A stretch of DNA of 63,866 nt, filler included, from a bacterium (lineage in GTDB: Bacteria; JBBIVP01): the NCBI GenBank assembly GCA_037439705.1. It is 6 parts of 6 records of this genome, joined end to end, with 100 filler letters (N's around TTAATTAATTAA, not from the genome) between each part and the next. Parts side by side here need not be neighbours in the genome. Positions count along the whole stretch, not along the records: positions 45,456 to 56,532 come from JBBIVP010000056.1; positions 56,633 to 63,866 come from JBBIVP010000110.1; 4 more parts are not named here. The stretch is one strand, 5' to 3'. This document shows, one piece after another, positions 49,842 through 59,224 of the stretch (position 1 is the stretch's first letter; each line of letters opens with the position of its first letter). The position numbers were made by a program, and so were the translations under genes. Below the pieces are notes generated by a model. It searched no databases. It had not been told where the DNA came from and saw only the letters and a list, made by a program, of their open reading frames with translations.

Positions 49842-51158
49842 TTAAAAGAATACTATCAATCTTCCTTCAAGGTCAAAAGTTCCTTCTTCTCTTCCAGTAG
49901 GTGAGGAAAAGACATCTCCCGGGCTGAAATACCCTCCTTCTATGGAGAACCTCACCTTTTTGTTTTTAAAATTAAAGAACAATCCGGTATCAATTTCCCA
50001 TCCAATATCTTTTGAAGGCTTACCACCGTTGAAACCAGCAGGTGTTCCGCCGTAAACAAAAAGGCTCTGATAAGGGTCAACGAAATTTCTTACTCCTCTT
50101 GCAAATAGCCAGCCTGTTCTCCATTCAATATTTTGTGTCAGGTTTATTCCTATCTGAGGAAAGAAAAAGTATGCATTGGTAACTCCTCCCTTTGTGAAGT
50201 ACAGGTCAATTCCTTTTTGTTCTTCTGAAACCTCAAGAATTTTTTCTACACTTCTTTTTGTGTAATATGCAAGAACCTTTTCAAGGGCTATAAGTCCGAC
50301 ATTGTAATCCGGATCAAATGTGAAGAAAGTCATATCTCCTCCAGCAGGGTCTTCATCCCCTGATGCGAAACCGCTCTGCAGGAAAAATTTTAAAAATTTC
50401 AGTTTGTAAAGAAATTCAAGTGCAACTCCGAATTGAAGAACTTTTCTACCTTCTTCAAGTTCATAAAGGAGGGGAAGTGCTTTGCTTTTTCCAAAAACTG
50501 ATACAAATTCTGATTCTATTCTCCAGTTTTCTTTTTCCACCTTTCCCCACAGGTCAAAGGCTCCTATTTTTGTGTCCGTTTCATCCTGCATCCTCAATGC
50601 GGAATAAAATCCGAGTTTCCATATTTCTTCCTCCCATAAGACTGCAAGGAGCCATTCGTCCACATCATCCTTGTTTATTTTTAATTCATCTTCAGCAATT
50701 CTATCAAAAGCAATCGCTACAACCAGGGGTTCTTCCTTTCCCATAGGTTTCGTGGCAAATAGAATTCTGTCTACGATGTTTCCATACCTTTTCACTCCAA
50801 ATTTTTCATCGTATCCATCCCCCGAGTTAACAAATATACCAAGCCCCCAGTCATTTGGCATCCTTCCTGCTGAAAGAAGCCCTATTCCTGTTAACCATTT
50901 AAACCATACCTTTCTGAAATCAATGTAATTTTCGTTTTCTATATAGGTTCCGTTTTCCCATATAAAATCGCACTGAATGTTTAATTCAAAGTTTTTCAAA
51001 AATTTTATAGAAGGGCTCAAGCGAAATCTGTTTTTCAGTGCCCAATTATCTTTTATTTCACCATTCTTTAATGCATCCATTCCCTTGATGTATATTCCTT
51101 CAAACCTTAAATCGCCAATTTCTGTAAGAAAAAGAAAAATAACAAATATAAAGTTCAT
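49842..51158 (-). CDS. Outer-membrane beta-barrel protein (alginate-export/porin-like)
   Basis: GRMPNDWGLGI..N.G, DR..FAT, GFASGD, F.FDPDYNV, GWEID, C-terminal F. Confidence 0.7.
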   Translation of the reverse strand: MNFIFVIFLFLTEIGDLRFEGIYIKGMDALKNGEIKDNWALKNRFRLSPSIKFLKNFELNIQCDFIWENGTYIENENYIDFRKVWFKWLTGIGLLSAGRMPNDWGLGIFVNSGDGYDEKFGVKRYGNIVDRILFATKPMGKEEPLVVAIAFDRIAEDELKINKDDVDEWLLAVLWEEEIWKLGFYSALRMQDETDTKIGAFDLWGKVEKENWRIESEFVSVFGKSKALPLLYELEEGRKVLQFGVALEFLYKLKFLKFFLQSGFASGDEDPAGGDMTFFTFDPDYNVGLIALEKVLAYYTKRSVEKILEVSEEQKGIDLYFTKGGVTNAYFFFPQIGINLTQNIEWRTGWLFARGVRNFVDPYQSLFVYGGTPAGFNGGKPSKDIGWEIDTGLFFNFKNKKVRFSIEGGYFSPGDVFSSPTGREEGTFDLEGRLIVFF

Positions 51159-51829
51159 TTCACCTCTTTCAGAAGTTTTTCAATATTTTCCTCTTTTCCT
51201 GCAATTACAAGTGTGTCTTGTTCTTTCAATATGAAATTTTTATCGGGTGGACAGATTACCTTTGGTTCCTGACCGGTAGGACGTTTTACTGCTACTACCA
51301 CCACTCCAAATCGGTTTATGATATCCAGTTCCTCAAGGGTTTTATTTTTGAAATCGGATGGAATAGGGATTTCAACAATATCACTTTTGTTCTCAATAGA
51401 AAAAAATTCTAACACATTATTTTTCCTCAATATATAGGCATATTTTTTAGCCACCTCTTCTTCCGGAAAAATTATTTTCTCTACCCCAATTTTATCAAGC
51501 ATTTTTTTATGTTCTTCGGATGTTGCTTTCGCATAGATTTTTTCTTTTGGCACACCGAGTTCAAGAAGATATTCAACTGCTAAGAGGTTTGCCTCTATAT
51601 TTTCTCCTATACAGACTACCACCCTGTCCATGTCCTTAGGATTCAATTGGTGCCACATTTCTCTATCTTTTATATCTCCCACAATTGCCTTTGCATACTT
51701 ACCTGATATTTTTTTTATGGACTTTTCGTCGTGGTCTATTACCGTTACCTCTTCACCACTTTCATATAAAAATTTAGCGAGATATAATCCAAAATGACCG
51801 AGTCCAATTATCAGGTGTTTTTTAGCCAT
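51155..51829 (-). CDS. trkA: TrkA/KtrA potassium uptake regulatory subunit
   Basis: IIGLGHFG, VVCIG, AKA....H..ML.KIG...IIFPE, TrkA-C domain. Confidence 0.88.
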   Translation of the reverse strand: MAKKHLIIGLGHFGLYLAKFLYESGEEVTVIDHDEKSIKKISGKYAKAIVGDIKDREMWHQLNPKDMDRVVVCIGENIEANLLAVEYLLELGVPKEKIYAKATSEEHKKMLDKIGVEKIIFPEEEVAKKYAYILRKNNVLEFFSIENKSDIVEIPIPSDFKNKTLEELDIINRFGVVVVAVKRPTGQEPKVICPPDKNFILKEQDTLVIAGKEENIEKLLKEVK

Positions 51830-53100
51830 TATTTTTTAATGTATTTTCCTGCAAAATCAGCTATTTCTCCAAGTTCCTCTTCTATCCTGATCAACTGGTT
51901 GAACTTCGCCACTCTTTCCGACCTGTTAACCGAGCCTGTTTTTATAAATTCTGCATTTACAGCCACCGCTAAATCCGCAATAGTTGTATCCTCTGTTTCG
52001 CCGCTTCTGTGAGAAATGATGCATCTGTATCCTGCTTTTTTTGCCAGTTCAATGGCTGAAAGCGTTTCTGTAAGGGTTCCTATCTGGTTGAGTTTTATAA
52101 GCACAGCATTTGCCACTCCTTCTTCTATTCCCCTTTTTATTATTGCTGGATTTGTTACGAACACATCGTCACCAACGAGTATTGTATCCTTCAATCTGTT
52201 CGTGATTTTTTTCCATCCTTCCCAGTCAGACTCTGCCATTCCATCCTCTATGAGAAATACAGGATATTTTGCCACCAGATTTTCATAATAATCTACCATT
52301 TCTTCGGATGTGAGTTTTTTCTCTTCAAAAGAGTATTTTCCATCTTCATAGAGTTCGCTCGCTGCCACATCAAGGGCAATAAAAACCTCTTTGCCTGGAG
52401 AATATCCTGTCTTTTCTATTGCATTTATTAAAGTCTTTATAGCGGTTTCGTGGTTATCAAAATCAGGAGCAAATCCTCCTTCGTCTCCCAGTCCTGTGGA
52501 TTTTTTCTCTTTTTTCAATATCTTCTTAAGGGTATGAAAAATTTCTGAGCCCATTCTTACCGCCTCTTTGAAAGAAGAAGCGCCAATCGGTGCTATCATA
52601 AATTCCTGAATTTCCAGATTGTTGTCTGCATGTGCTCCTCCGTTTATGAAATTCATAAGGGGAACCGAGAGGAGTGTGGCATTTACTCCACCTATGTATC
52701 TGTAAAGTGGAAGTCCGGTAAGAAGAGCACCAGCCTTTGCAACTGCAAGAGAAATTCCAAGAATCGCATTTGCTCCGTATTTTGATTTGTTTTCGGTTCC
52801 ATCAAGTTCTTTTAAAATGTAATCTATATAAATCTGATTGAAGGCATCAATTCCAATGAGTTGTGGACCAAGAATTTCGTTTACATTCTTCACAGCCTTC
52901 AAAACCCCTTTTCCTCCGTATCTTTCAGTGCCATCTCTTAATTCAAGAGCTTCCCTTGTTCCTGTTGAGGCTCCTGATGGAACCATGGCTCTTCCTATAA
53001 TTCCACATTTTAATTCCACCTCCACTTCCACCGTTGGATTTCCTCTTGAATCAAGGACCTCCCTTCCTCTCACCCTTACTATAGCGCTTCTTTTCTCCAT
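51829..53100 (-). CDS. eno: Enolase
   Basis: [52 protein letters not shown]. Confidence 0.98.
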   Translation of the reverse strand: MEKRSAIVRVRGREVLDSRGNPTVEVEVELKCGIIGRAMVPSGASTGTREALELRDGTERYGGKGVLKAVKNVNEILGPQLIGIDAFNQIYIDYILKELDGTENKSKYGANAILGISLAVAKAGALLTGLPLYRYIGGVNATLLSVPLMNFINGGAHADNNLEIQEFMIAPIGASSFKEAVRMGSEIFHTLKKILKKEKKSTGLGDEGGFAPDFDNHETAIKTLINAIEKTGYSPGKEVFIALDVAASELYEDGKYSFEEKKLTSEEMVDYYENLVAKYPVFLIEDGMAESDWEGWKKITNRLKDTILVGDDVFVTNPAIIKRGIEEGVANAVLIKLNQIGTLTETLSAIELAKKAGYRCIISHRSGETEDTTIADLAVAVNAEFIKTGSVNRSERVAKFNQLIRIEEELGEIADFAGKYIKK

Positions 53101-53378
53101 TATCTGTACCTCACATCAAAGGTTTTGAATTCATTTTTATACTCTTCCCATTTAACTTCAACATTTTTTACAATCGCCAGCGGAGGTCCTTTCCAGCACC
53201 ATCTTATAAACTCCTCAATTTTTTCCTTTTCTCCTTCAACAACCAATTCCACAGAGCCATCAGACATATTTCTAACCCATCCCGTTAATCTGATTTTTAG
53301 TGCTTCTTCTCTTGCAGTGCTTCTGTAATAAACCCCCTGTACCATTCCGGTAACCTTTATATGCGCTCTTGCTTTCAT
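53100..53378 (-). CDS. acyP: Acylphosphatase
   Basis: [24 protein letters not shown]. Confidence 0.95.
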   Translation of the reverse strand: MKARAHIKVTGMVQGVYYRSTAREEALKIRLTGWVRNMSDGSVELVVEGEKEKIEEFIRWCWKGPPLAIVKNVEVKWEEYKNEFKTFDVRYR

Positions 53379-53437
53379 CTTCTAAATGTTATTAAAAAGG
53401 AAAAAAATATCAAGAAAAAACAGCGAGAATATGCTTG

Positions 53438-53845
53438 CTATCTCGCCCACAGGTAAAAAATTTTTAGAAATGTAAAAATGTCTTTTAACGAGGACTTGTT
53501 AAATTTAATTTCCAGTTCTTTATTAAACCATGAGAAAATAAGCCGGAAGAGACTTGGTCCATCAACAATTAATTTTGTTTTTGGACCCCTGAGAATAATA
53601 TCGGGCTCCTCTTTTTCCATTCCAAGTTCAAATCCATCTCCGTGAAGAATTATGAAGAATGGATCCATATAAAAATCTGTTATTTCCAGAATGATTACCT
53701 TTTTGCCATCGCCTGTCCACTTTTTTATCTTTTTCAGTTTTTTTTCGTCTTCATAAACTTTTGTAAGCAGAGGAATGAACCAGTTATTTGCAACTGTCTC
53801 CCAGAATTTGTTTGCGTTCTTTTTCACCCAGTTCATGTTTTTCAT
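53438..53845 (-). CDS. Hypothetical protein, possibly SCP2 sterol-carrier-like fold
   Basis: EPDIILRG and L...ELEI patterns; overlaps the nitrilase stop codon. Confidence 0.45.
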   Translation of the reverse strand: MKNMNWVKKNANKFWETVANNWFIPLLTKVYEDEKKLKKIKKWTGDGKKVIILEITDFYMDPFFIILHGDGFELGMEKEEPDIILRGPKTKLIVDGPSLFRLIFSWFNKELEIKFNKSSLKDIFTFLKIFYLWAR

Positions 53846-55164
53846 TTTATTATGAGGTCAGCCCATAGAATTGATTCTACATATTCATTTTCACTGGTTC
53901 CACAATTTTCTGATTCTATTTTCATTGAGTCACAGGCGGATGGAGAAAGAAGGGATATGGCTTTTTCCCTCAACATGTTTCTTCTTTCATCAAGGCTCAA
54001 AGATGGATTTTCTATTACAGGGTCATCCATTACCCACGGTGCCAGAAGAAAAAATCCTCCTTCAGGATAAATCTCAGTGTAACTCTCCGAAAGTGAATTG
54101 TTGCCCACATAATTTTTATCCCTCGTTATTCTCGGGTCTATTTTTCCAGTTATTGCACTCTGTCCATCAAAAACCATGTCAAAGAAGTTTCCTGTCATCA
54201 TTGGATTTATGTTGTACTGGATATTTTTATATTGCATAGTTCCCAATGTGGAACGAAGCCAGTCTTCAGGTTGCCAGTATGGATAGAAAGAAGCCCATAT
54301 CCCTGGATTTGCGGATGGTTGTATTATTATATCACATCCCATTTCATCCATTTTTCCCACATAGTCTTCATAAAAAGCATCTGCACATACAGCAATGCAG
54401 ATATCAATTTCAGTTCCCGGAATTCTGTAGATTTCTGCCTCTTCAACCTTTCCCCTTGATAGGTCAAGCAAAGATTCTTCTTCTGGAACGAGATGGACCT
54501 TTTTCACATTATAAACTATTTCTCCATCTGGATTGAACAGAAAACAGGTATTCCATACATCTTCACTCTTAGCCACATAAATGTAATCTGATTCAACCGA
54601 TGGGTCTTTTAGGAAATTTAGATTCGGGTCAGAAATTTTTTTCACTTCTGCCACATTTGTGCAGGAAATTATGTAGATTTTGTAATTCTTTGCCAGTTTA
54701 GAAAATGTGTTAAAGAAGGGTCTCCAGAGAGAATCTGTAATAGCAAGAAATAGATTTCTCTGAAGGGAAACATCATACTTTTTCTTATAAAACTGAAAAG
54801 CAGAAGAATAAGAATTCAAAAGCGATAAAAATGCATTTAACGCATATTTTTCCTTCCTTCCATCTTCACCATTTGAGCCAAAAAATGCGAGCACGAGTCC
54901 AGTATCTTCTGGAAATACGAGGAGATTCGGATATTCATTCTGAAATTTGTCTTTTACCAGTTCAATCATGTTTTCTATTTTTTCATAGAACTTTGATTCA
55001 GATCCAGCCATATCCACTGTTAATTTGTGCCCGATTGCAAATACCCTGAGCGTTTTTCCTTTTATTGGTTCTTTTGTTTCTAAACCAATAATTTTTACTT
55101 CAGTCTTTTCTGCGGTGCAGGAGAAGAAAAGGAGTAAGAAGATTTTTACAATCTTTCTGGACAT
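53842..55164 (-). CDS. Carbon-nitrogen hydrolase (nitrilase superfamily), probable lipoprotein
   Basis: FFSC lipobox; E-K-C triad in VFPED, KKVHL and AVCADAF; QPSANPG.W. Confidence 0.82.
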   Translation of the reverse strand: MSRKIVKIFLLLFFSCTAEKTEVKIIGLETKEPIKGKTLRVFAIGHKLTVDMAGSESKFYEKIENMIELVKDKFQNEYPNLLVFPEDTGLVLAFFGSNGEDGRKEKYALNAFLSLLNSYSSAFQFYKKKYDVSLQRNLFLAITDSLWRPFFNTFSKLAKNYKIYIISCTNVAEVKKISDPNLNFLKDPSVESDYIYVAKSEDVWNTCFLFNPDGEIVYNVKKVHLVPEEESLLDLSRGKVEEAEIYRIPGTEIDICIAVCADAFYEDYVGKMDEMGCDIIIQPSANPGIWASFYPYWQPEDWLRSTLGTMQYKNIQYNINPMMTGNFFDMVFDGQSAITGKIDPRITRDKNYVGNNSLSESYTEIYPEGGFFLLAPWVMDDPVIENPSLSLDERRNMLREKAISLLSPSACDSMKIESENCGTSENEYVESILWADLIIK

Positions 55165-55170
55165 AAAATA

Positions 55171-55199
55171 ATTATAACAAGTCAGAAGAAAATAGTCAA
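55171..55199 (-). promoter_or_regulatory. Putative leaderless-type promoter of the nitrilase gene
   Basis: TTGACT-N17-TATAAT-N6-ATG(55164), no SD. Confidence 0.65.
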
Positions 55200-55216
55200 T
55201 TTCCAATCCTGAAAGG

Positions 55217-55264
55217 GCTGTATTTGGGTGAGTTCGCTCTTTCGTGGAAAGGGCCGGATACAGC
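55217..55264. repeat. Imperfect long hairpin at the DUF499 truncation point
   Basis: Outer stem GCTGTATTTG/CGGATACAGC, inner stem GCTCTTTC-GTG-GAAAGGGC. Confidence 0.6.
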
Positions 55265-55266
55265 AT

Positions 55267-56255
55267 CTGGAAAGTAGGATAAGAACCCCAGCGCTCGTAG
55301 AGAACATCAATGAGTTCAGGATGAAATGGATAAGCATGTTCTATTCTCTCTATATTCTATTTCTTTTACCTCTGATGTCACATCCGTTCCTAATTTCTGG
55401 TAAAGGTCAAAATAACTCTGGGCTACTTCTTTTATCGTGCTCTCTTCTCCAAAATCTTCAAACAGTCTCTTGCGAATCACTTCGTAGAGCTCAACACCTT
55501 CCACAGGAGTATAAACCGTCTCAACCCTTCCGTATATCCTTTGCAATTGATTAAGTGCTCGTTCCCCCTTCTTCACCATAGGGAGCGCTTGAAGGAAGCG
55601 TGCGGACAAGACAGGCATTTTTCTTTGTCCTCACTGCTTCGGTAAGTTCCTGAGAAAAAACCAAAATTTGGTCAGCGAAATCCTTCGCTTTTACAACATA
55701 TTCCACAATTTCATACATTAGGATAAGTACTGGTTCTCCACCCAAAACTTGGTTTAAAACCTCTTTCCCGGGACTGCGTTTTTTTTCATCGTGAATTTTC
55801 ACCTTCTCGTAAACTCCAAGTTGATAAGCGATTTCATCCCATGGCGTCTTTCCTTTTATTGGGTCTGCCTGAGTTCCAACGAAGATCACGACCTTCGCAC
55901 CTTTTGGATTTGGAAGTTTTGAGATAACTTCAAGATGTTTCACTTTCTCTCTGTTCTCTACCGCGTGATACAATGCAAGAAGTGCGTGTGTCTTACCGCC
56001 ACCAAAGGGTGTCTGAAGTTGAATGACAGGGTCTCCCTTTTCTCCGCTCAGACGGGAAAGCACGTTCTCAAGAAGATTTTTTAAGCCCTGTGTCAGATAT
56101 GTCTTCTGAAAAAAGATGCTTGTATCTTTGTATTCTAATGTTGTCTTTCCAGAAACAACATCCCCAAGGTCAGCAGCGAAGACAGCCTCACTCAGTTTTC
56201 CTTCTCTTATGTCTGTATGTGGCGTTGCTACCTGCCACCAATTAGGTAAAGTCAT
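55267..56255 (-). pseudogene. DUF499-family AAA+ ATPase; two frameshifts and 3' truncation
   Basis: WWQVATPH.DI..G...EAVFAADL, QTPFGGGKTH, EVIRKRLF, AYPFHPELIDVLYERW...PTFQ spread over three frames; Walker B reads LMYE instead of DE. Confidence 0.85.
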
Positions 56256-56257
56256 TT

Positions 56258-56532
56258 TTATCCCTCCTTTAGAATTTTTTCTATGTCCTTTTTCAAAGCA
56301 GGAAGCTCTTTAACAATTATTTGCCAAACAATTTTATAATCAATAACAAAATATCCATGAATTAGTCTATTCCTCATCCCAATAACTTGTGCCCATGGTA
56401 TTTCTGAATATTTCTTTTGTATATCTTTTGGAATTGCGTTTGCTGCTTCTCCAATAATCTCAAGGTTCCTTACAACCGCATCTCTTGTTTTTGTATCTTT
56501 AACGAATTCATCATACCCAAGGCCAGAGATAT
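56258..56532 (-). CDS. DUF86/HepT HEPN RNase toxin, 5'-truncated by the contig end (not in ORF track)
   Basis: Manual translation ...DAVVRNLEIIGEAA...IPWAQVIGMRNRLIHGYFVIDYKIVW..IVKELP.L*. Confidence 0.9.
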
Positions 56533-56632
56533 NNNNNNNNNNNNNNNNNNNNNNNNNNNNNNNNNNNNNNNNNNNNTTAATTAATTAANNNNNNNNNNNN
56601 NNNNNNNNNNNNNNNNNNNNNNNNNNNNNNNN
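56533..56632. other. Artificial contig spacer
   Basis: N44-TTAATTAATTAA-N44. Confidence 0.99.
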
Positions 56633-56655
56633 CTTATCAGCGGAGGCATTTCATT

Positions 56656-58977
56656 TTGAAGAAGGCTTTAATAACACTTCTTTTTGCAGGTTCAGTTTTT
56701 GCATACGAGATAATCTCCTTTGAGATAAACCATATTCCTCCTGAAAAACCGGAAGAGGGTAAACCACTTCAATTGTGGATTGAGGTGATGCCCCTTGACA
56801 AAGTTAAAAGTGCATACCTTTTTTACAGAAAAATAGGAGAGGAAAAATTCATTCGTCAGAAGATGATTCTTAAGAAGGAAAGGTTCTATGGAACAATTCC
56901 AGGAGAATATGTTGTAGAGCCCGGTTTTGAATATTACATAGAGGTTATAAACATATATGAAGGAAGGCACAATGTCTTTGCCAATCCGAGAAGACCGCAG
57001 AAGGTTCTTATTGGAGAGGTTGAGGAGTTTGAGTATATTCCGGCCCTTGAAGAGGAACTCGCTATTTTTGAGCAGGAAGAGATAGTTTTTGCTGCTGCGA
57101 AGAAGGAACAGAAGGCAAGAGAAGCACCGGTAACCGTTTCCGTTATTACATCTGATGATATAAAAAGACTGCCCGCTATTTCAATAACAGAAATAATAAG
57201 AAATATGCCTGGTATGGAGGTATTCAATCTTTATCCAAGCTTTACAGTGGTAGGTATAAGGGGATTTTCTGACGAGTTTAACAACCTTATTGTCGTTCTC
57301 ATTGACGGAAGGGAAGTAAATGTTGAAATGATTGGAGCACCTCTCTTGGAATTTCTTCCAGTTGCACCTGAGGACATAGAGAGAATAGAGGTTGTAAGGG
57401 GACCTGGAGGTTCCCTTTATGGTCCAAATGCATTTTCAGGTGTTATAAACATCGTTACCAAAGACCCTGAGAAATATAAGGGTTTTAACATAAATACAAA
57501 AATAGGAGATGCTCCCTTTACCACCGGAGGAAGCATTTCCTATGCGGGAAAAACTGAAAAATCTCAGTACAGGTTTTCTGTTATCCATCGTTCTTCATAC
57601 TATTTTGAATCAACCCTCGGAAATGACCTTCTGAATGAAGGGTTGTTTTTCAAACTCAAAAGAACAATCGGTGAGAACGGGTTTATTTTTTCGGATGCGA
57701 GTTTTACCTATGGAAAAGGAAATTATTTTACCCCATTCTGTGTTTTTCGAGAGGACCCCCTTATCACATGGCACTTCAGATTCGGTGGTGGAACGGATTT
57801 CATAAAGGCTGAGGCGTACTGGAACAGGACCTGGTTTTATATAAAACCAGAGGAAAAGGTCTTTTATGATACGTTTAAAGAAACCACAATGGAAAATGAT
57901 ACTGCTGATATGACCCTTCAGGGAACATGGAACTATTCAAGGGGAACACTGATAGGAGGATTAAATTACAGGTTGAACAGTTACAGGTCCGAACAATTTT
58001 TCTACGGAGATATTATTGAAAACAGAATTGGTGTATTTCTACAGGATGATACGGATATTCTTAAATGGTTAAGGATAACCCTTGGAGTAAGGTATGATTA
58101 CAACGACAAGGTTCAACCTGACTGGCTTTATACAATCAGTCCCAGGGGAAGTCTGGTTTTTATCCTTGGTGAAAACCATGTTCTGAGGCTTACAGGAGGA
58201 AGGGCATATAGAAAACCAGCATTTCTTGAGTATGAGATGAGGTTTACTGATGAAAATGGTGAGCCAATTTCGGGCGTTCCAATTTCAGACTCAATGCTTA
58301 TGTCCTACAATGAGACATTCAATTCGGGTGAGATAGGGTATTCGGGAAGGATTCTTAAAAATTTGAAGATTGATATCTCTGCCTATTATAGCAGGTTTGA
58401 GGACGCCATAGGATTCAACTATACAACAAAACAATTTCAGAACTTTAAGTTTGATGCCAGTTCTATTGGCGGAGAATTTTCCATAGAAAGTATAATCGCC
58501 AAAAAACTAACCCTCTTTGCAAATTATTCCTATCAATACATTACTGCTTTGAATGATTTTGAGAGAGTTCCAAATGAGTATATTTACAGAAAGGGGGACA
58601 TTTTGAAAGAGTATCCCGTGCACAAGGCGAATGCGGGATTCATATTTAGACCGGTAAACTGGTTATTGTTTTCACTTACGGGCAATTATATTTCTAACAG
58701 AACCTTCATGGTCTGGAGAGACCCTTCAAAGGATATAGAAAATGTCAATCCAACAAAAAGTTATGAATTGGAAGATCTCTTCATTCTCAATACAAGGCTT
58801 GCATTTTTGCTTTCAAAGGAGCGATTTGAAATAGGTTTAATTGGATACAACCTCCTGAACCAGCAGGAGAGACAGTATCCTGGAGGTTCAGCAACATCTG
58901 GTACCAATGAAACTTACATATTTGGCGGTGAAAAGCAGCCTTTGAGGATAATGGGATATATTTCAGGATATTTTTAA
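56656..58977 (+). CDS. TonB-dependent receptor with extra N-terminal domain
   Basis: Signal peptide; plug motifs EAPVTVSVIT, VLIDGR, IERIEVVRGPGGSLYGPNAFSGVINIVTK; LGVRYD, SPRGS, NLLN, C-terminal F. Confidence 0.92.
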   Translation: MKKALITLLFAGSVFAYEIISFEINHIPPEKPEEGKPLQLWIEVMPLDKVKSAYLFYRKIGEEKFIRQKMILKKERFYGTIPGEYVVEPGFEYYIEVINIYEGRHNVFANPRRPQKVLIGEVEEFEYIPALEEELAIFEQEEIVFAAAKKEQKAREAPVTVSVITSDDIKRLPAISITEIIRNMPGMEVFNLYPSFTVVGIRGFSDEFNNLIVVLIDGREVNVEMIGAPLLEFLPVAPEDIERIEVVRGPGGSLYGPNAFSGVINIVTKDPEKYKGFNINTKIGDAPFTTGGSISYAGKTEKSQYRFSVIHRSSYYFESTLGNDLLNEGLFFKLKRTIGENGFIFSDASFTYGKGNYFTPFCVFREDPLITWHFRFGGGTDFIKAEAYWNRTWFYIKPEEKVFYDTFKETTMENDTADMTLQGTWNYSRGTLIGGLNYRLNSYRSEQFFYGDIIENRIGVFLQDDTDILKWLRITLGVRYDYNDKVQPDWLYTISPRGSLVFILGENHVLRLTGGRAYRKPAFLEYEMRFTDENGEPISGVPISDSMLMSYNETFNSGEIGYSGRILKNLKIDISAYYSRFEDAIGFNYTTKQFQNFKFDASSIGGEFSIESIIAKKLTLFANYSYQYITALNDFERVPNEYIYRKGDILKEYPVHKANAGFIFRPVNWLLFSLTGNYISNRTFMVWRDPSKDIENVNPTKSYELEDLFILNTRLAFLLSKERFEIGLIGYNLLNQQERQYPGGSATSGTNETYIFGGEKQPLRIMGYISGYF

Positions 58978-58993
58978 GAAAGGAGGTGAAACG

Positions 58994-59224
58994 ATGGTAT
59001 CAGCTTTTGTCCTTATTAAAACAGCAGGTTCCATTGAACCAATAATTGCGGGGATTAAAAAGATAAAGGGGGTAAAAGGTATTTCACCAGTAACTGGTCC
59101 ATACGACCTTATTGTGGAAGTTGAGGCTGATGATGTGAATTCTCTTGCCAAGGTCGTTGTCTCAAAGATAAGGAAACTCAAGGGAATTACTGATACCCTT
59201 ACATGCATTAAGGTTGAACTGTGA
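58994..59224 (+). CDS. Stand-alone Lrp/AsnC ligand-binding (RAM) domain protein
   Basis: AFVLIK, VTGPYDLIV, IRKLKGI..TLTC; SD AGGAGG. Confidence 0.88.
   Translation: MVSAFVLIKTAGSIEPIIAGIKKIKGVKGISPVTGPYDLIVEVEADDVNSLAKVVVSKIRKLKGITDTLTCIKVEL

Noticed and set aside
55215..55250. Resemblance to group II intron domain V or an integron attC site
   Set aside because: The 3' half does not form the domain V pairing, and RYYYAAC/GTTRRRY boxes are absent
55165..55340. In-frame fusion of the DUF499 tail to the nitrilase
   Set aside because: The nitrilase has its own promoter and lipoprotein signal at 55164; the open frame appears coincidental
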